A DNA stretch of 64,000 nucleotides from positions 310,001 to 374,000 of the forward strand of contig JBNJNM010000022.1 of assembly GCA_052426225.1 (NCBI GenBank). Direction: 5' to 3'. Source of the DNA: Zancudomyces culisetae HAW-14-8 (lineage: Eukaryota > Fungi > Kickxellomycota). Under the pieces are notes generated by a model. It did no database searches and had not been told where the DNA came from. It worked only from the letters and a program-made list of their open reading frames with translations. The number at the start of each line of letters is the position of its first letter. Positions within the stretch are counted from its first letter, which is position 1. The translations under genes and the position numbers were made by a program. Below are positions 1-12,278 of this stretch, piece by piece.

Positions 1-386
1 AAATACAGCTAGAAAGATCGTTTGAAACAACAGTGCGTGACCTGGTCATGAATGCAAATGATGAAAAGTATTATGTAGACTCCAACACTGATGAGTATGC
101 TGGATATATCGGCACAACACAATCAAATGAAGAACCTGCTAATCATGATTCTGTCAGTGGTGGTAGTAGTCAAAAAGCAGACAAACTGACCATTGCAGGT
201 GTAGCAGAAAATAACCCAACTTATTTAGTTCCAACAGGAAACCATAGACAACATCCATTGAGCGATAAAACCACTATCTTTTATAGACAACAAGATCAAA
301 AACAAAGGCAAGTATTACAGAAAATATATTATAATTACGAGAACTATAATCCAGAAGCTAAACTTGCCGAAAGTAGTACTGATATT

Positions 387-417
<31 letters not shown>

Positions 418-644
418 GTGGTGGTGGTGGTAATAGTGGTAGTGAACATGGTGGTGAGAGCACCCAACTCCAGAACCAACCCAAAGTCCCAAATCAAGAC
501 TATGGCACTGGATATGTTGGATACAAAGATGAGAAAATCAAGTATCATCCGCTGATAGATGTTCCAAAAGAAAACAGAAACTACTATGAGTTTGTACTTG
601 CAAACCCATACCCATATGCCAATCTTGATCCATTACTTGCTTAA
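1..644 (+). CDS. 3' end of a hypothetical protein (5'-truncated by the window edge); contains poly-Asn/Gly tract
   Basis: Frame is open from position 3 (IQLERSFETTVRDLVM...) to TAA at 642-644; coding-like composition followed by AT-rich 3' UTR. No family recognised. Confidence 0.6.
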
Positions 645-1048
645 TAAGAATTATGTTTCCTTTATTTATTTATTTATCCATAGTATCATGTACTCTTTTT
701 GAATAATGTTAAAATCTTGCATCAATTGTCATGAAACCCCCTCCCTCCCTTCCCCCTTACTTAATTTTTTTTTGGATATTGTAGTATAAAATACGTGCAC
801 CCAAGGTACAAGTATTATTAGATCAATTCAGCTGACACTCTATTAATCACTAGGTGTGTGTGTGGGGGGGGGGGGGGGGTGAATGGCAAAAAAAAAAGAA
901 GAAAAAAACAAAAAGGATATTTTAAAGTTTCAACATAAATATGAATAAAAATATTAACATTACAATTTGGAAACCATTAGGTATTGAGGAACCATACAAA
1001 TAAGAATATCCTTTATTTTGTTTTTTCTTCTTGTTTCTATGCTAAAAG

Positions 1049-1998
1049 TTATTCCACTTGAATCTCCCTTATTAAGGTAATGTTTTCGCCTTTTAGTAGA
1101 ATTCGGCCTACAAAAATTCATTAGTTTTGGTTAATTACTATTTTAAATGTCATCATAATTTACAACATAAATACTAGTGATAATACGGGGTAACAGGGTT
1201 ACAGATTAGAGTAAAAAAAGTGTTAGCGAGTGAGTGAGTGAGTGAGTGAGAAAGAGAGTGCAGAATTATCAAAATAAAACCTACCAATTTCTTTTTTCAT
1301 GTCCTTTTTTGTATATACCTCAACTGAATCCTCAAGTACCAAATTCATAAATTCGTCAAAACCCTAATCCAATAGCAATATAAAATATAACATTATAAGC
1401 TGTGTTTATATTTCCATAGCTATTACAATAAAACTTGATAGTTTCAAGAAGGGGAGAGGGGGGAAAGGGAAAGGGAGGGAGATGGAGAAAAAAATAAATA
1501 AATCTGCAGTTACCTTTATTGTTCCTTCGATTCTCAATTCTGGTTTATCATATAGCCAAACTTCAACACGAGCTTTCTAAATAATGCAATTTATATATTG
1601 ATTTAAATATTAAAAACACATTTTTGTTGATCTTTTTATTTTCTCCTCGAAATTAAAGTTGATTGTAGGCTATTAATGTCATTAAAAAAACGCAATACAA
1701 AACAAATAGAATACAATAAAGTAGAATGGAATGGTTACCCTTTGCAAGTACCTGAAAATCAAATCCTAAATTTAAATCCACAACATTTTAAGTATATTAT
1801 TCAAAAAAACAAGATAAAAAAAAATAAAGTACATGTTACAAGATGAGTTTCTTTCCTTTCCTTTCCTTTTGTTTTTTGTTTTATTTTGTTTTGTTTTTTT
1901 GGTATATACAACAAGTATAAAGCGAAAAGTAAAAGTATTAGATGGAATTCAGTACTTACAATTGGCTGGACTAAAACTTTTTGAACTCGTGACGACAT
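1049..1998 (-). CDS. SME1: Small nuclear ribonucleoprotein E (SmE), 5 exons: 1998-1960, 1765-1739, 1576-1514, 1363-1285, 1107-1049
   Basis: Manual splicing at GT..AG gives MSSRVQKVLVQPI-DLIFRYLQR-KARVEVWLYDKPELRIEGTIK-GFDEFMNLVLEDSVEVYTKKDMKKEIG-RILLKGENITLIREIQVE*, with the Sm1 (GFDEFMNLVL) and Sm2 (GRILLKGENI) motifs of SmE. Confidence 0.97.
1227..1250. repeat. (GAGT)n microsatellite in SmE intron 4
   Basis: gagtgagtgagtgagtgagtgag read directly. Confidence 0.8.
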
Positions 1999-2623
1999 GT
2001 TTATTATTTTTATTCTCCTTGCTGTTTTGTTATATTAGTCTAGTTGAGGTTTTATTTTATAAATCCCAAATGAGTTTATATATAACAAAAAAAAAAGAAT
2101 GTATATAGGTTGAGTTGAAACTGATCTTTTAATAAAAAAAAAACAATAAAAAAATGGTAATAATAGTAGAACTTTTATTTGTTTGTGTATAATGTTTTGT
2201 TAACGAAAATTTTTTTAATAATATTTTCAACATTTCCAAATGAGAAAAAAAAATGTCACGAAAAAACAAATAAAAATATATAAACTATAAACACACTTTT
2301 TTTATAAAAAAACGGATATAAATAAAAACGAAAAAGAAAAGTATAACGGAAATCGATTGTACAAGGAAAAGAAAAATGCCATGAGAGCTTGAACCTAAAG
2401 CAAACTGTTTTTGTTTGAAAAAGTGTTTCACTGTTTAGTGCAGTACATTGCTTTTAAACTAAACTAAACTACACTAAAATGAAATAAAATGAAATAAATC
2501 AATTGTAAATATAAATAAACAAACATTCCACCAAACTTCGGGTTACGGATAAATGGAGAAGAGGTGGGGAAGGAAGACAGGAGCTTTGTTTCAATGATGG
2601 GTCAGTTTTTTTTGATATACAAT

Positions 2624-3049
2624 TTACATTCTGGCAATTGTTTCTACAACCAGAGATATCTGGGTCGAATTGTTAAATGCAGATCCCCCGACGGGTACAG
2701 CATTTTTATCTTTTGTATCTAGAGTGTAAAATTCTGAGTATTGACCACATATCAACATTCCATTGGGATAATCGTATTCGGACATGTACCCTATCAGAGA
2801 AATCCTTCCTCTTTTAATTTCAGATACACCTTTTATACATTTTATCACCAGCATTCTATATTGGTTATCGCGTACTACTTGTACAGTAACATGGGCTTTC
2901 CCGTTTACCGAATAACTTTCAGAAGTTACGTAATAACCGTTTCGATATTCTTTTTTTGCGTTGCCTAGTATACGAAATACTAGTGCTACAACATCGGATT
3001 CTCCCTCCTCTAGTAAAGCTATGCCTTGTACTCTTATTAAATTCTCCAT
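2624..3049 (-). CDS. Hypothetical protein, 141 aa
   Basis: ATG-initiated intronless ORF with globular, non-repetitive composition, flanked by AT-rich DNA; no family recognised. Confidence 0.55.
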   Translation of the reverse strand: MENLIRVQGIALLEEGESDVVALVFRILGNAKKEYRNGYYVTSESYSVNGKAHVTVQVVRDNQYRMLVIKCIKGVSEIKRGRISLIGYMSEYDYPNGMLICGQYSEFYTLDTKDKNAVPVGGSAFNNSTQISLVVETIARM

Positions 3050-3310
3050 TTTCTGTTTGTGTCCGATTATAGTTTTTTTTTTATTTGAGAATTAAAATTT
3101 TCAAAAGATATGCCTATTTATATAGTCTAATCCCAAGATTCCCCTCCACCCTCCACCCTCCAATTTCCACCCTCCACCCTAGCTCCCCATACACATCCAA
3201 TGGTCAAAATAAAAGAAGAAAAGAAAGAAAAGAAATAAAAGAAAGAAAAAGGAAAAATATCAAGTAAAGCTGCATAAAACAATTTAAAAAAAAAATACTT
3301 GTGTGGTGCC

Positions 3311-6300
3311 CTAAAACACTATGTTGCGTTTAGAATTGTACGATCCTTCAGGAAAAAAGTTCTCAACTAGCGAATCAAACAGACTTCGCCTATTAGAACG
3401 TAGAAAATCAGGTTCAGAACCAAAAGACGAAAAGGCATCCAAACTATTATCAACAGAGCCCCCAAAAGCATCCAGGGTACCAATCATGGTAGACCCAAAC
3501 TTAGAAATTAAGTGGTTGGTTAAGGCTCTATACGCAGCACTTTCGGCATGATTTTCGTGATCAACCAGAACAGAAACTTTGGAGCGCAAAAAGTTTAAAC
3601 ATTCCATAGCCTGGTCTTGGTAAATATTTTTCCGCAAAAGTTGGTCAGAAAGAATAGTATTATCTTTTACAAAAATGTTGGAGATTTGAGATAGAGAAGG
3701 AGTGGAAGAAGAAGAATGAGAAGGAGAAGGATTGGTATTTGTATTGTTATTTACACAAGAGGTAAATGATGAAAGATGACACAGTTCTAGGAACTTTTTA
3801 GCACGAATTAGGAACAAGCTATTTCGTAGAATGGAATCAGAGAGAGGTCTTCTTAGGCGGAGAATCCAAAGATCGTTCAACCTGGAACTAGACTTTACAC
3901 CAGAATTTCCTCCAAACATGAAATGACAGGCAAGTCTTTCGCTGTATACCATAGCCTGGGCATATCTCGGGGGAGGAGTGATTGGGTTCCTATTATCAGG
4001 AATCGTAAAATCCGAGTTGTAGTTTTCTTGCCAAGCATCAGCTTCAAATTGGTAAGTCAAAATAGACATGGAAACGTGGTTTTGAGTAGGACACCTGACA
4101 TGATTGGGCAAAGTATCCAAAAGAGATGAATCATACGACACATCCACGGAATGCAAATCAGATATCGGATAAAACTCGTTGTTAGAATGAACAGTTGGCT
4201 CAAATCCGTGAGAAGTAAGCAGATACAATTCGTTCCGAGATCGATCAAGAGTGATTTTCAGCGAGTACGAGTTGTGTTGAACAGAAGCTGAGGCAGCCAT
4301 TTGAAGAGGATTAAGCTGTGGCTTATTATACTCGCTAGACGATAAGTTATAACCGTTTTTGGTATACCACCGTTTATACGCAGAACAGCTATCAGCATGG
4401 CCATCAATTCCACAGGGAGTAGACAAAGGCTTTTTGCTCAACATGTAATTCAACCCAGTGATTTTTGTGGACATGCGAGAACCAAAAATATTGCAAATCG
4501 GCGATGAAGAGCCTCGACAACTTGATAGAATAGATGGCGGTGATTTAGCAATCATGTTTCTAGTTCGTTCAAAAAACGTATCGGTTTCGATATCATACAC
4601 AAACATATCGCCGGCTGCAGTCCTATCGCGATAATTCGACATAATGTAGAGCCTTTGGACTCTTGGATCAATTGTCATTGAATGGAAAAACCTACCAGTA
4701 ACCTGTGTTTCGTGGTCATATATATGCATATCCGCTCTGAGACTCGTCCACTCCCCACTTTTGGTATCGTAGCGGTACAGGCCCCCATACATTGTTCCAG
4801 TATCTGCCGAACCTGGCTGAATAATCTTACCCCCATACAAGTATATACATTGGTTTAACTCATCAAATACCATCTGGGCATCGTATTGCATTTTGGGTCC
4901 ATTACACCGCTCTGTGTTGGCTGACTCGAGATACCATTTATTTTCATTCACATCATACATGTACATGTCACTTTCTAAGCTCGTACTTGCCCTGTGTTCT
5001 TGATCGTAATATCTTCCAATTACATACAACCGGTTGTTTATCGAGTCAAAACACATGCTATGCAGCGACCGTTTTCCTGGTGCATTGTCAATCCCCAAAC
5101 ATCTCCATTGCATTTCCATAATATCAAACTCCCAAAAATCTCCCATGTTTTCCTTCCCATCCCATCCGCCATACATGTATATCTTGCCTCTTACATCATC
5201 AATACACATCTGATGTCCTCCACGTCCTGCTGGAACTGGTTTGTTTTGCTCTCCTGCCTCCACTTGCTCCCATATACTCTGATATGCAAAACTTATCACC
5301 TTCGAATCCAACATTCCTTCCTGGTGTGCTGTTATCAGTATCCTTTCTGCTGTTTCATAATCTCCTTCATTCACTATCGCTTCATACAGTCGGCTCACTA
5401 TTGGTGCCTCAAACTCCGTTTTTGACTGTTTCAATACCATATCAAACGACTCTTGCATCTGATTACTTCGAAGATAGTCCAGACTCTGTCTAATCATCTT
5501 GTCGTTGTACGCCTCCTGTGCCGATTGCCTTACCTGCTGCACTATTCTTGGATCAATACTTCCTATCAGCTCCACTGACCATATGCTAAAATTAAACTTT
5601 TGGTCATACGCTACTAGTGGTTGGATTTTAACGTATAAACTTGGTATATAATACCCATCTATCTTTTGCCGTGTGGTGATTACTTCTTCTTTCTCATCAT
5701 TCCGAAGCCCGCTGTGTAAAATCTCCACCATACTGTCTGGTGTCATCCCCGCAAACACTCGAAACTCCTTCATGTTGCATACATGCGTCTTGTAAAATTT
5801 CCCAAACTTTATCGCCCGAATCAACCCTGGCTTTTCCAACTTGAGCATCAAAAACTGTCTGAAATCATTTCCATTGCTTGACCACCTGGATTCTTGGTCG
5901 TTTGGGTTTTTCTTCAACACATTATGTGGATAATATTTGGCTGAGTAGCTTGACCATGAGTGTATCTCATACGGAAGCACATCTTCCATAAATGGCCCTC
6001 TATACTCACTCAATCTGCTCCTTCTATGTTTGGCTTGCTCCTCTGCATTAATTTGGTCTATATTTGGTATTATACGTTCCTTTTGTTTTTTGTTTTTTCA
6101 ATCTTCAATATTTATACTTTTTTTATTTATTATCTTTGCTTAAAACTGCTTTTAAACATTATTTATTACTAAAAGTGTCAAGTTCAAACTTACCTGTTTC
6201 TGTATTTATATTATTGCTTGCCGAAAACCCAGGTGGACTTCCCTTGACAGAGCTACCACTGGCAATGCTGCTTTCTCTACTGTCTTCGTTTTCTTCGCCA

Positions 6301-6653
6301 CCATTTAATCTACTGTATTGCCGTTGCAGAGTATTCGAGCTTGAAAAAAACCTCAATCTACCTTCCTCCGTTCTTTTTTTTTCTTCGTCACTCCTCCTTC
6401 TTACATTACTATTTCCGCCTCCATTCCCACCTCCGGAACCTTCATGTCCGCTCAATAACCTACTTCTTCTCAAACCTGACCTTACTATTCTGAAATTTGC
6501 AAAATTCAAAAATGGTGACCCGTACAAATTTTGGAAAACTTCATTTAGCCTCTCTTCATTTCTGTTTATCCTTCTCCATGGCCGCCACTCCTCTATGTTC
6601 ATTTCTCTATTCCCTCTTTCCTCTTGTTCTACTAGCTCTTTTCCGTTTATCAT
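3311..6653 (-). CDS. MKLN1: Muskelin (discoidin-like N domain, LisH/CTLH, kelch repeats); 2 exons 6653-6170 and 6057-3311
   Basis: LPYEIHSWSSYSAKYYP...DQESRWSS...FGKFYKTHVCNMKEFRVF is the muskelin N domain; kelch motifs GRGGHQMCID, IYMYGGWDG, HFMFGGN. The 6159-6653 ORF joins in phase via GTAATA donor at 6169 and AG acceptor at 6058 (this first exon is inferred). Confidence 0.93.
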
Positions 6654-8557
6654 TTTACATTTAAATTAATTTTCTTTTTTTTCTTTAAAAAAAATACATG
6701 TATCTAATAGTTATGAGTATAAGGCTAAAGTTTGTATTCACAATATTGAACCAGGTTCAAGTTTATTTTTGTTCAAGTATTTGGTTTTGTTTTGTTTTAT
6801 TTTTTTATTTTATCCTTTCTTCTTCCCCTCCTTATGATCCTCCTTCTCTTCCTCTCCTCCTCTTTCTTTTTCTCTTTCTCTCTTGCTTGCACTCTTCTCC
6901 TCCCTTCTAGACGCTAATATTCAATTATTGTCAAAGTTTTGACGCTTTTATTCTCATTTTTATTCTCATTTTCATTTTAGCTACCATTTTCAAATCAATA
7001 ATGTTTAATTGGGACTATTTTTGGAATCTACAAAGCGAATAACCCACAAACTTGACATGTTTTTGTGTTTTTTTTTTTACTTTTTCCATTTTTCTACATT
7101 TTTCAAACTAGTTTACTTGCCTTTAACTCCATATTTTTATTTTTGGTCTTTTTTTTTAACTTTTCTGGTTTGTTGGTACTGGTGGTAAAAGCGTATTGTT
7201 GCTATTTTTTTTAGCTTTAAAAAAAAGATATCTACCATTAATACTTTTTATCGTTATTATTAACCTGTACATCACTTAACTATAACATTTAGCAAGTATG
7301 AAAAGGTCCTTATTGTCAAACAACATTTTTCGTGTTCCATAATTACTACACGTTTTTTTCCTTATTGTTTTTTATTTATTAAATGCATTTACTCTTGTGA
7401 AAGGCTGATTAAAATAAAACACATCAACCACACCCTTCCCTCATCCTTCCACCTTTCCCTTTCCTCATCCTCATCTTCATCTTTATTCTCATCTTCATCT
7501 TCATCTTCATCCCCTCCCCCTTTCTTTTCTACTCATTGCTTCATTTAACTGTCATTCCTACTTGCACCCACAACCATTTCCATTGTTTAAACTTGTCATA
7601 CTTACATTGTTTGTTTTTTTTTTTTTCAAAAAAAAAGGACCAAGCCTACACCTAGTTTTATACCGTTATTTCTTCGTTTGTTACATATTCGTAATTTTAT
7701 AGAACCATTCATATATGCTTATTTTGTTTTCACTCTTCATCCTCATCTTTTTTTTTTCATCATCCTTTTCATCCTTTTCATCCTTCCATTTCCTCCATTT
7801 TTATTTAACTTGTTGCATACACAAGAAGAGTAACTATACTAACAAAAGTATTTTTTTTTGATTTGCAATCTTTTCATTTACTCATATTCATTCCAACCAA
7901 ATAATGCCTCTACCTGATGAACAAAAAGAATGTTAAAATAACATTAAATAAACGTTGCTCCCCCCCCCTCCTCCCATTTCCTCCCTTCCCTCTCTACTTT
8001 TAGAGAATTCTAAAGTCAAATAAAAAGATGACCATTCTCAAACTTCAACAACGCATCATTTCCACAACATTGCTACCCTTTTTTTTTTCTTTTTGAGAAA
8101 ACATCTCTAATAATCACAAGCAGGTCATCCATTTTCATTCAGTATTGCCCCCCCTTTTTTTCTATGGCATTACTTGCTTACTATCAGTTTCCATAATGTA
8201 TAGTTTATTTTTTTGCCACTTGAACATTACAATGAACCATGTTAAACGGAAATGTAGCCGGATATACCAATATAATACTAAACCCAGCAAGTTCTTGGGT
8301 TGATATTTAACTTTATTTTTACCCAATCCTTTGCTATACTTGTTATGACGAATATGACCAACACCAAAAATCCACCATTTTTTTAATACTCTATTTCGCT
8401 TTATTCTGATCTCAACAACAACAAAAACAAAAACATAGAATACGGGTGCATTTCTCACCCTTTGGCTTTTATTACAAAAAAAAGTTAAACAATTAGCAGC
8501 CCTTGATAATGAGCTCGGCAGTTATAAAGAAAAATAAACATTAATGTTAGGAATAAA

Positions 8558-9565
8558 TTACACAGGATAGGCGTTGGTTTGCGTTCGTTGTTGTCCCATA
8601 TCCTGAGAAGTCGGAAAGTCATTATGATCCGGCATTTGAACAATTTGTGGTGGAGCCGAAGTATATGCACCAGTAGTGCTATAGGCTGTGCTGTGCATCG
8701 GAGCTTGTGAATGTTTGCTAGGTCCGACATCTTCACTGTATGGGCTATAATTTACACCACTTTGTAGTGGATAGCTTCCTTTAGTATCATGGTCAAATTG
8801 CAAACTGGCATTTGGATCGTCAACGCGAATATCAGACAGTGTAGATTCCAAAAGCAATTTTTCCACATTTGTAAATGCCCACATGTTAACAATAATGGCT
8901 TCAATGACGTATAAACAACATATCTGAACCAAAATATACTGTGAGGTGCTCGTAGTTACATTAGGAAGTGTGATAATCAAAAGAACAATATTTCGCAGCA
9001 AGTTTAGCCCTGGAGAAAGTGCCAAGACTAGTCTTGTTCGTGGTGCTTGGTAAACCTGCGACTCTTTCAGAGCAAACACCATACTAGCCACCAAAAGAAG
9101 TACAGAGTAGATCACATACGCTACTGATGCTACAAGTAGTCCTGGACGATAAGCTTTGCTTTCGCTATTCACCTTGCTTGTTTCGTAAGATGCTCCCAGT
9201 ATGTTCGTTCCAAGGAATATTATCGCCCCTACCATTGAAACCACTGTTTGGGGCCTACCCCACGTTTTTCCATTGCGAACTAGATGCCATCTGATAACCG
9301 ATTGAAGAAGTCCTACCAACAAGAGAAAATATACAAAATTGTTGAGGATCACCCCGGCCTTTACAGCACCATCGTTGCTCGTAAAACCTGCTACGGCAAT
9401 AGTGATAAATCCAATTGCTCTAAACAACACAAAAAGCGTCGTAGAAAGTATGAATGGGCTTCTGTCTTTTACCAGCTGTATCAACAACACCACCAATGGG
9501 ACGGCAAAGGCAATTGTCCCTAAAATTCCTACTATTTTATAAAACACCCCTAAATCGAGCCACAT
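8558..9565 (-). CDS. RTA1-like 7-transmembrane protein with disordered P/Y/Q-rich C tail
   Basis: About seven hydrophobic segments; FVLFRAIGF in TM2 and LLRNI in TM6 resemble fungal RTA1-like (lipid-translocating exporter) proteins. Confidence 0.65.
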   Translation of the reverse strand: MWLDLGVFYKIVGILGTIAFAVPLVVLLIQLVKDRSPFILSTTLFVLFRAIGFITIAVAGFTSNDGAVKAGVILNNFVYFLLLVGLLQSVIRWHLVRNGKTWGRPQTVVSMVGAIIFLGTNILGASYETSKVNSESKAYRPGLLVASVAYVIYSVLLLVASMVFALKESQVYQAPRTRLVLALSPGLNLLRNIVLLIITLPNVTTSTSQYILVQICCLYVIEAIIVNMWAFTNVEKLLLESTLSDIRVDDPNASLQFDHDTKGSYPLQSGVNYSPYSEDVGPSKHSQAPMHSTAYSTTGAYTSAPPQIVQMPDHNDFPTSQDMGQQRTQTNAYPV

Positions 9566-12278
9566 TGTCGCGCCTAAAGGTAAAAAGTGCTTGGTATATT
9601 TTTTGAGTGTGAATATTCGTATTTGTAGATTTCGTCAAGACGCGATACCTTTATCGAATTGTTGTCTAAAAGGCTTTTTGTGTTATAATTTTTTTGATTT
9701 TTGTATCCAGCAAGCAAAGCGTAGCTGTATTTTAATAGTTTTTTTTTTTAATTCTTTTGATTTGAAATGTAATAGGGATCCCAAAAATATTTTATCTGAG
9801 GAATAAAAGTAAAGTTTAAAGTACTATTTAAACAGGTTTATACTAAAATCTAAAAGGTATTGCAACTCTTTGTGACTTTTATTATCCCTGTTTTGTTTTA
9901 TTTTTGGGAGAGGAGGAGTTCAAAAATTAGCTAGAGTTGGTAAAGTTAAAAATTACGAGTATATTCACCGTCAAAAACCCAATTTGGGGGATTTCTATCT
10001 ATTTTTTTTTTTGCATTCTTGGCCTTTTACATTAGTACACAAATCAACAACAAAATTAATAAACGAAAACCAAATTGAAAAAAATACAATAAACAAAGCG
10101 TGGTAAAAAAAAAGAAATTGACATCAAAAACACATCACCCAATTGTTCAATTCTCAGTTTTTTTTTTAATCCTTCTTGTGACCTAATCCCACAGAGGAAA
10201 ATTAGCAAGAAAATACAATTTTCGTTTTTGCCTTGTTGAACGCAAAGAAATTTTTCATTTAAAAATTAATTCCTTGTTTATTAAAACCATGGAGTAACTT
10301 GTCACAGACATCAATGAATCCAATATTAACGAACCCAGTATTTAGACCCAAAGCCTGCTCTTATTTGACAATTGAAATTAATTGTTCTTGTTCCAAATAC
10401 AAATGAATGAGCAATTATATTCAGAAAACAAGTAAAAAAAACACACATGTATAGTGGCCAATAAACATGGGCTATTCCCAATCACACGAATAAGTTAACG
10501 AGACAATCTATGGTAAATTATTTTTATTTTCATTTTCGCTTGAAGTATCAATGCAAATAAAAATAGCTGGAAATACAAAAGCTGTAAAAGAAAAGAGGCT
10601 TGCATCAAGTAAATAAAGGTATACAGGGTTGCATCTAATTCGTTATAATGGATGTTCTAATAAAGTGAATACATCCTTGAGGAATATATCCCAGGGTTGA
10701 AGGGCAGACGACTTTAGGGTTTAATTTTACAATCCGACTAATTTTATTTTATCTACTCATCCATTCATTCAATTGTTTGTTTGTCCGACATAAATTGGTT
10801 TACCACTCGCATGTCTATTCAAGAATCACATATATCAACAAAAATAGCTGGATCTTACAAGAAAAAAAAGAAAAGATAGTATGATATAAGCATGTGTATG
10901 TTTTTTTTTTTGAATTGGTAGAGCATGTGAATATTTATATTGAACCACGTACTATTACCAGACCCATTGAGCGCACATCTCGTAATGTCAATAGGCGAGT
11001 GAGAGAGCGGGGTATATAAAATAGGCTGATGGAACAAATGAATTTTAACTGTCGGCTTTGGTGATGCTGTGATATTTCTTGTGTTCCGCTATTTCTGCAA
11101 ACCTATAAACTTTTTTTCTATTTGTAAATACATGTACATAAATCAATGGAGTGAGCATGACGCATTGAGTCCTTGCAGTATGGTAAACAGGATTAATTGG
11201 AATAAAAAATCTTCTAGATGATTTTGAGCAATGTGTACAAACAAAAAGAAACAGTTAATTGTACCGCATAACTTTGCTAAACTAAAAGTAAAAGGTCTTT
11301 TTTTTTTTTGCTTGGCAAATGCTAATGTCCTTAAACTGAACTTGTTCTATTTGATTAAACCATTGTGATTATGCAAACTTTGAGTCGCCAAGATAAAAAT
11401 GTAAAAGTGTGAAATAGTATAGGTACAGATGGTGGTTGCTGTCGGAAAAAGAATGTGATATTGACTGTAGGTTCTGGTGTTTTTTCTTTAAACATGTTTG
11501 GAAAGACAGTACAAAACTAGTGAAATTACAAGGGTTTTGTGTAATTCTTTATTTATTGCTTAGTATGATTTTCAAAGATACTGATGAGCATTATGATTGA
11601 AAGCAAATATGAAAATGATAAAGTATAGACACTGATAACAAAAACCAATATATCACTCCAAGTGCTGTCGAGTTACACATAATGAGCGCACTTTGCGTAA
11701 AAATCGCTTAACACAGGGAGTGAATGAAAGAGGGTTTATAGTAAAATGGTTGTATATAACTAGTATAACCCATGTTTCTCAACATCAAGACAGTGTGTAT
11801 TTCTGCATTGGTATTATTTAGAGTTAGCTTGGAGAGAAAGGAACAAATAAATAATGCCATGAAAAACAAATAGGGAATCACCTAGCTTTTATTTACTAAA
11901 AGTTCGCGTTTTTTAAAACACAAAGAATTACAATAATTTTAAATCTTGAAATTTTATACCCGAGATGGAGAAAAAAAATTTTTTTTTCCGATTTAATACT
12001 TTGTGTTTTTATTCGAGTCGTGTTTTCAGAGATAAATTAGTTTGTGCTTGAAAAGGTTGTTATGAAACCAACGAATAGGGAGCAAGAACGAGGCGCAACA
12101 ATCAGTGAAGAAAATTAATATAAAATATATAGAAATGACAAAGAATTTCAACGATACTTTTGTACAGTGTTTGAAGACAACAGTTAATTTATTTGACTAG
12201 CCTGCTTTTTTTTCAGTAGAGAATAAGCAGCTCCAGTAAATGTAAAATAGAAGAAAGCTGATTATAAAAAAAACAATT

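Noticed and set aside
2624-3049. Mediator Med18/CYTH-like assignment
   Set aside because: Only a vague pattern resemblance and the ORF is too short; not supportable by eye.
10200-12200. Possible decayed multi-exon gene or ncRNA between the RTA1-like gene and EAF1
   Set aside because: Coding-looking patches, but no consistent frame or recognisable motif.
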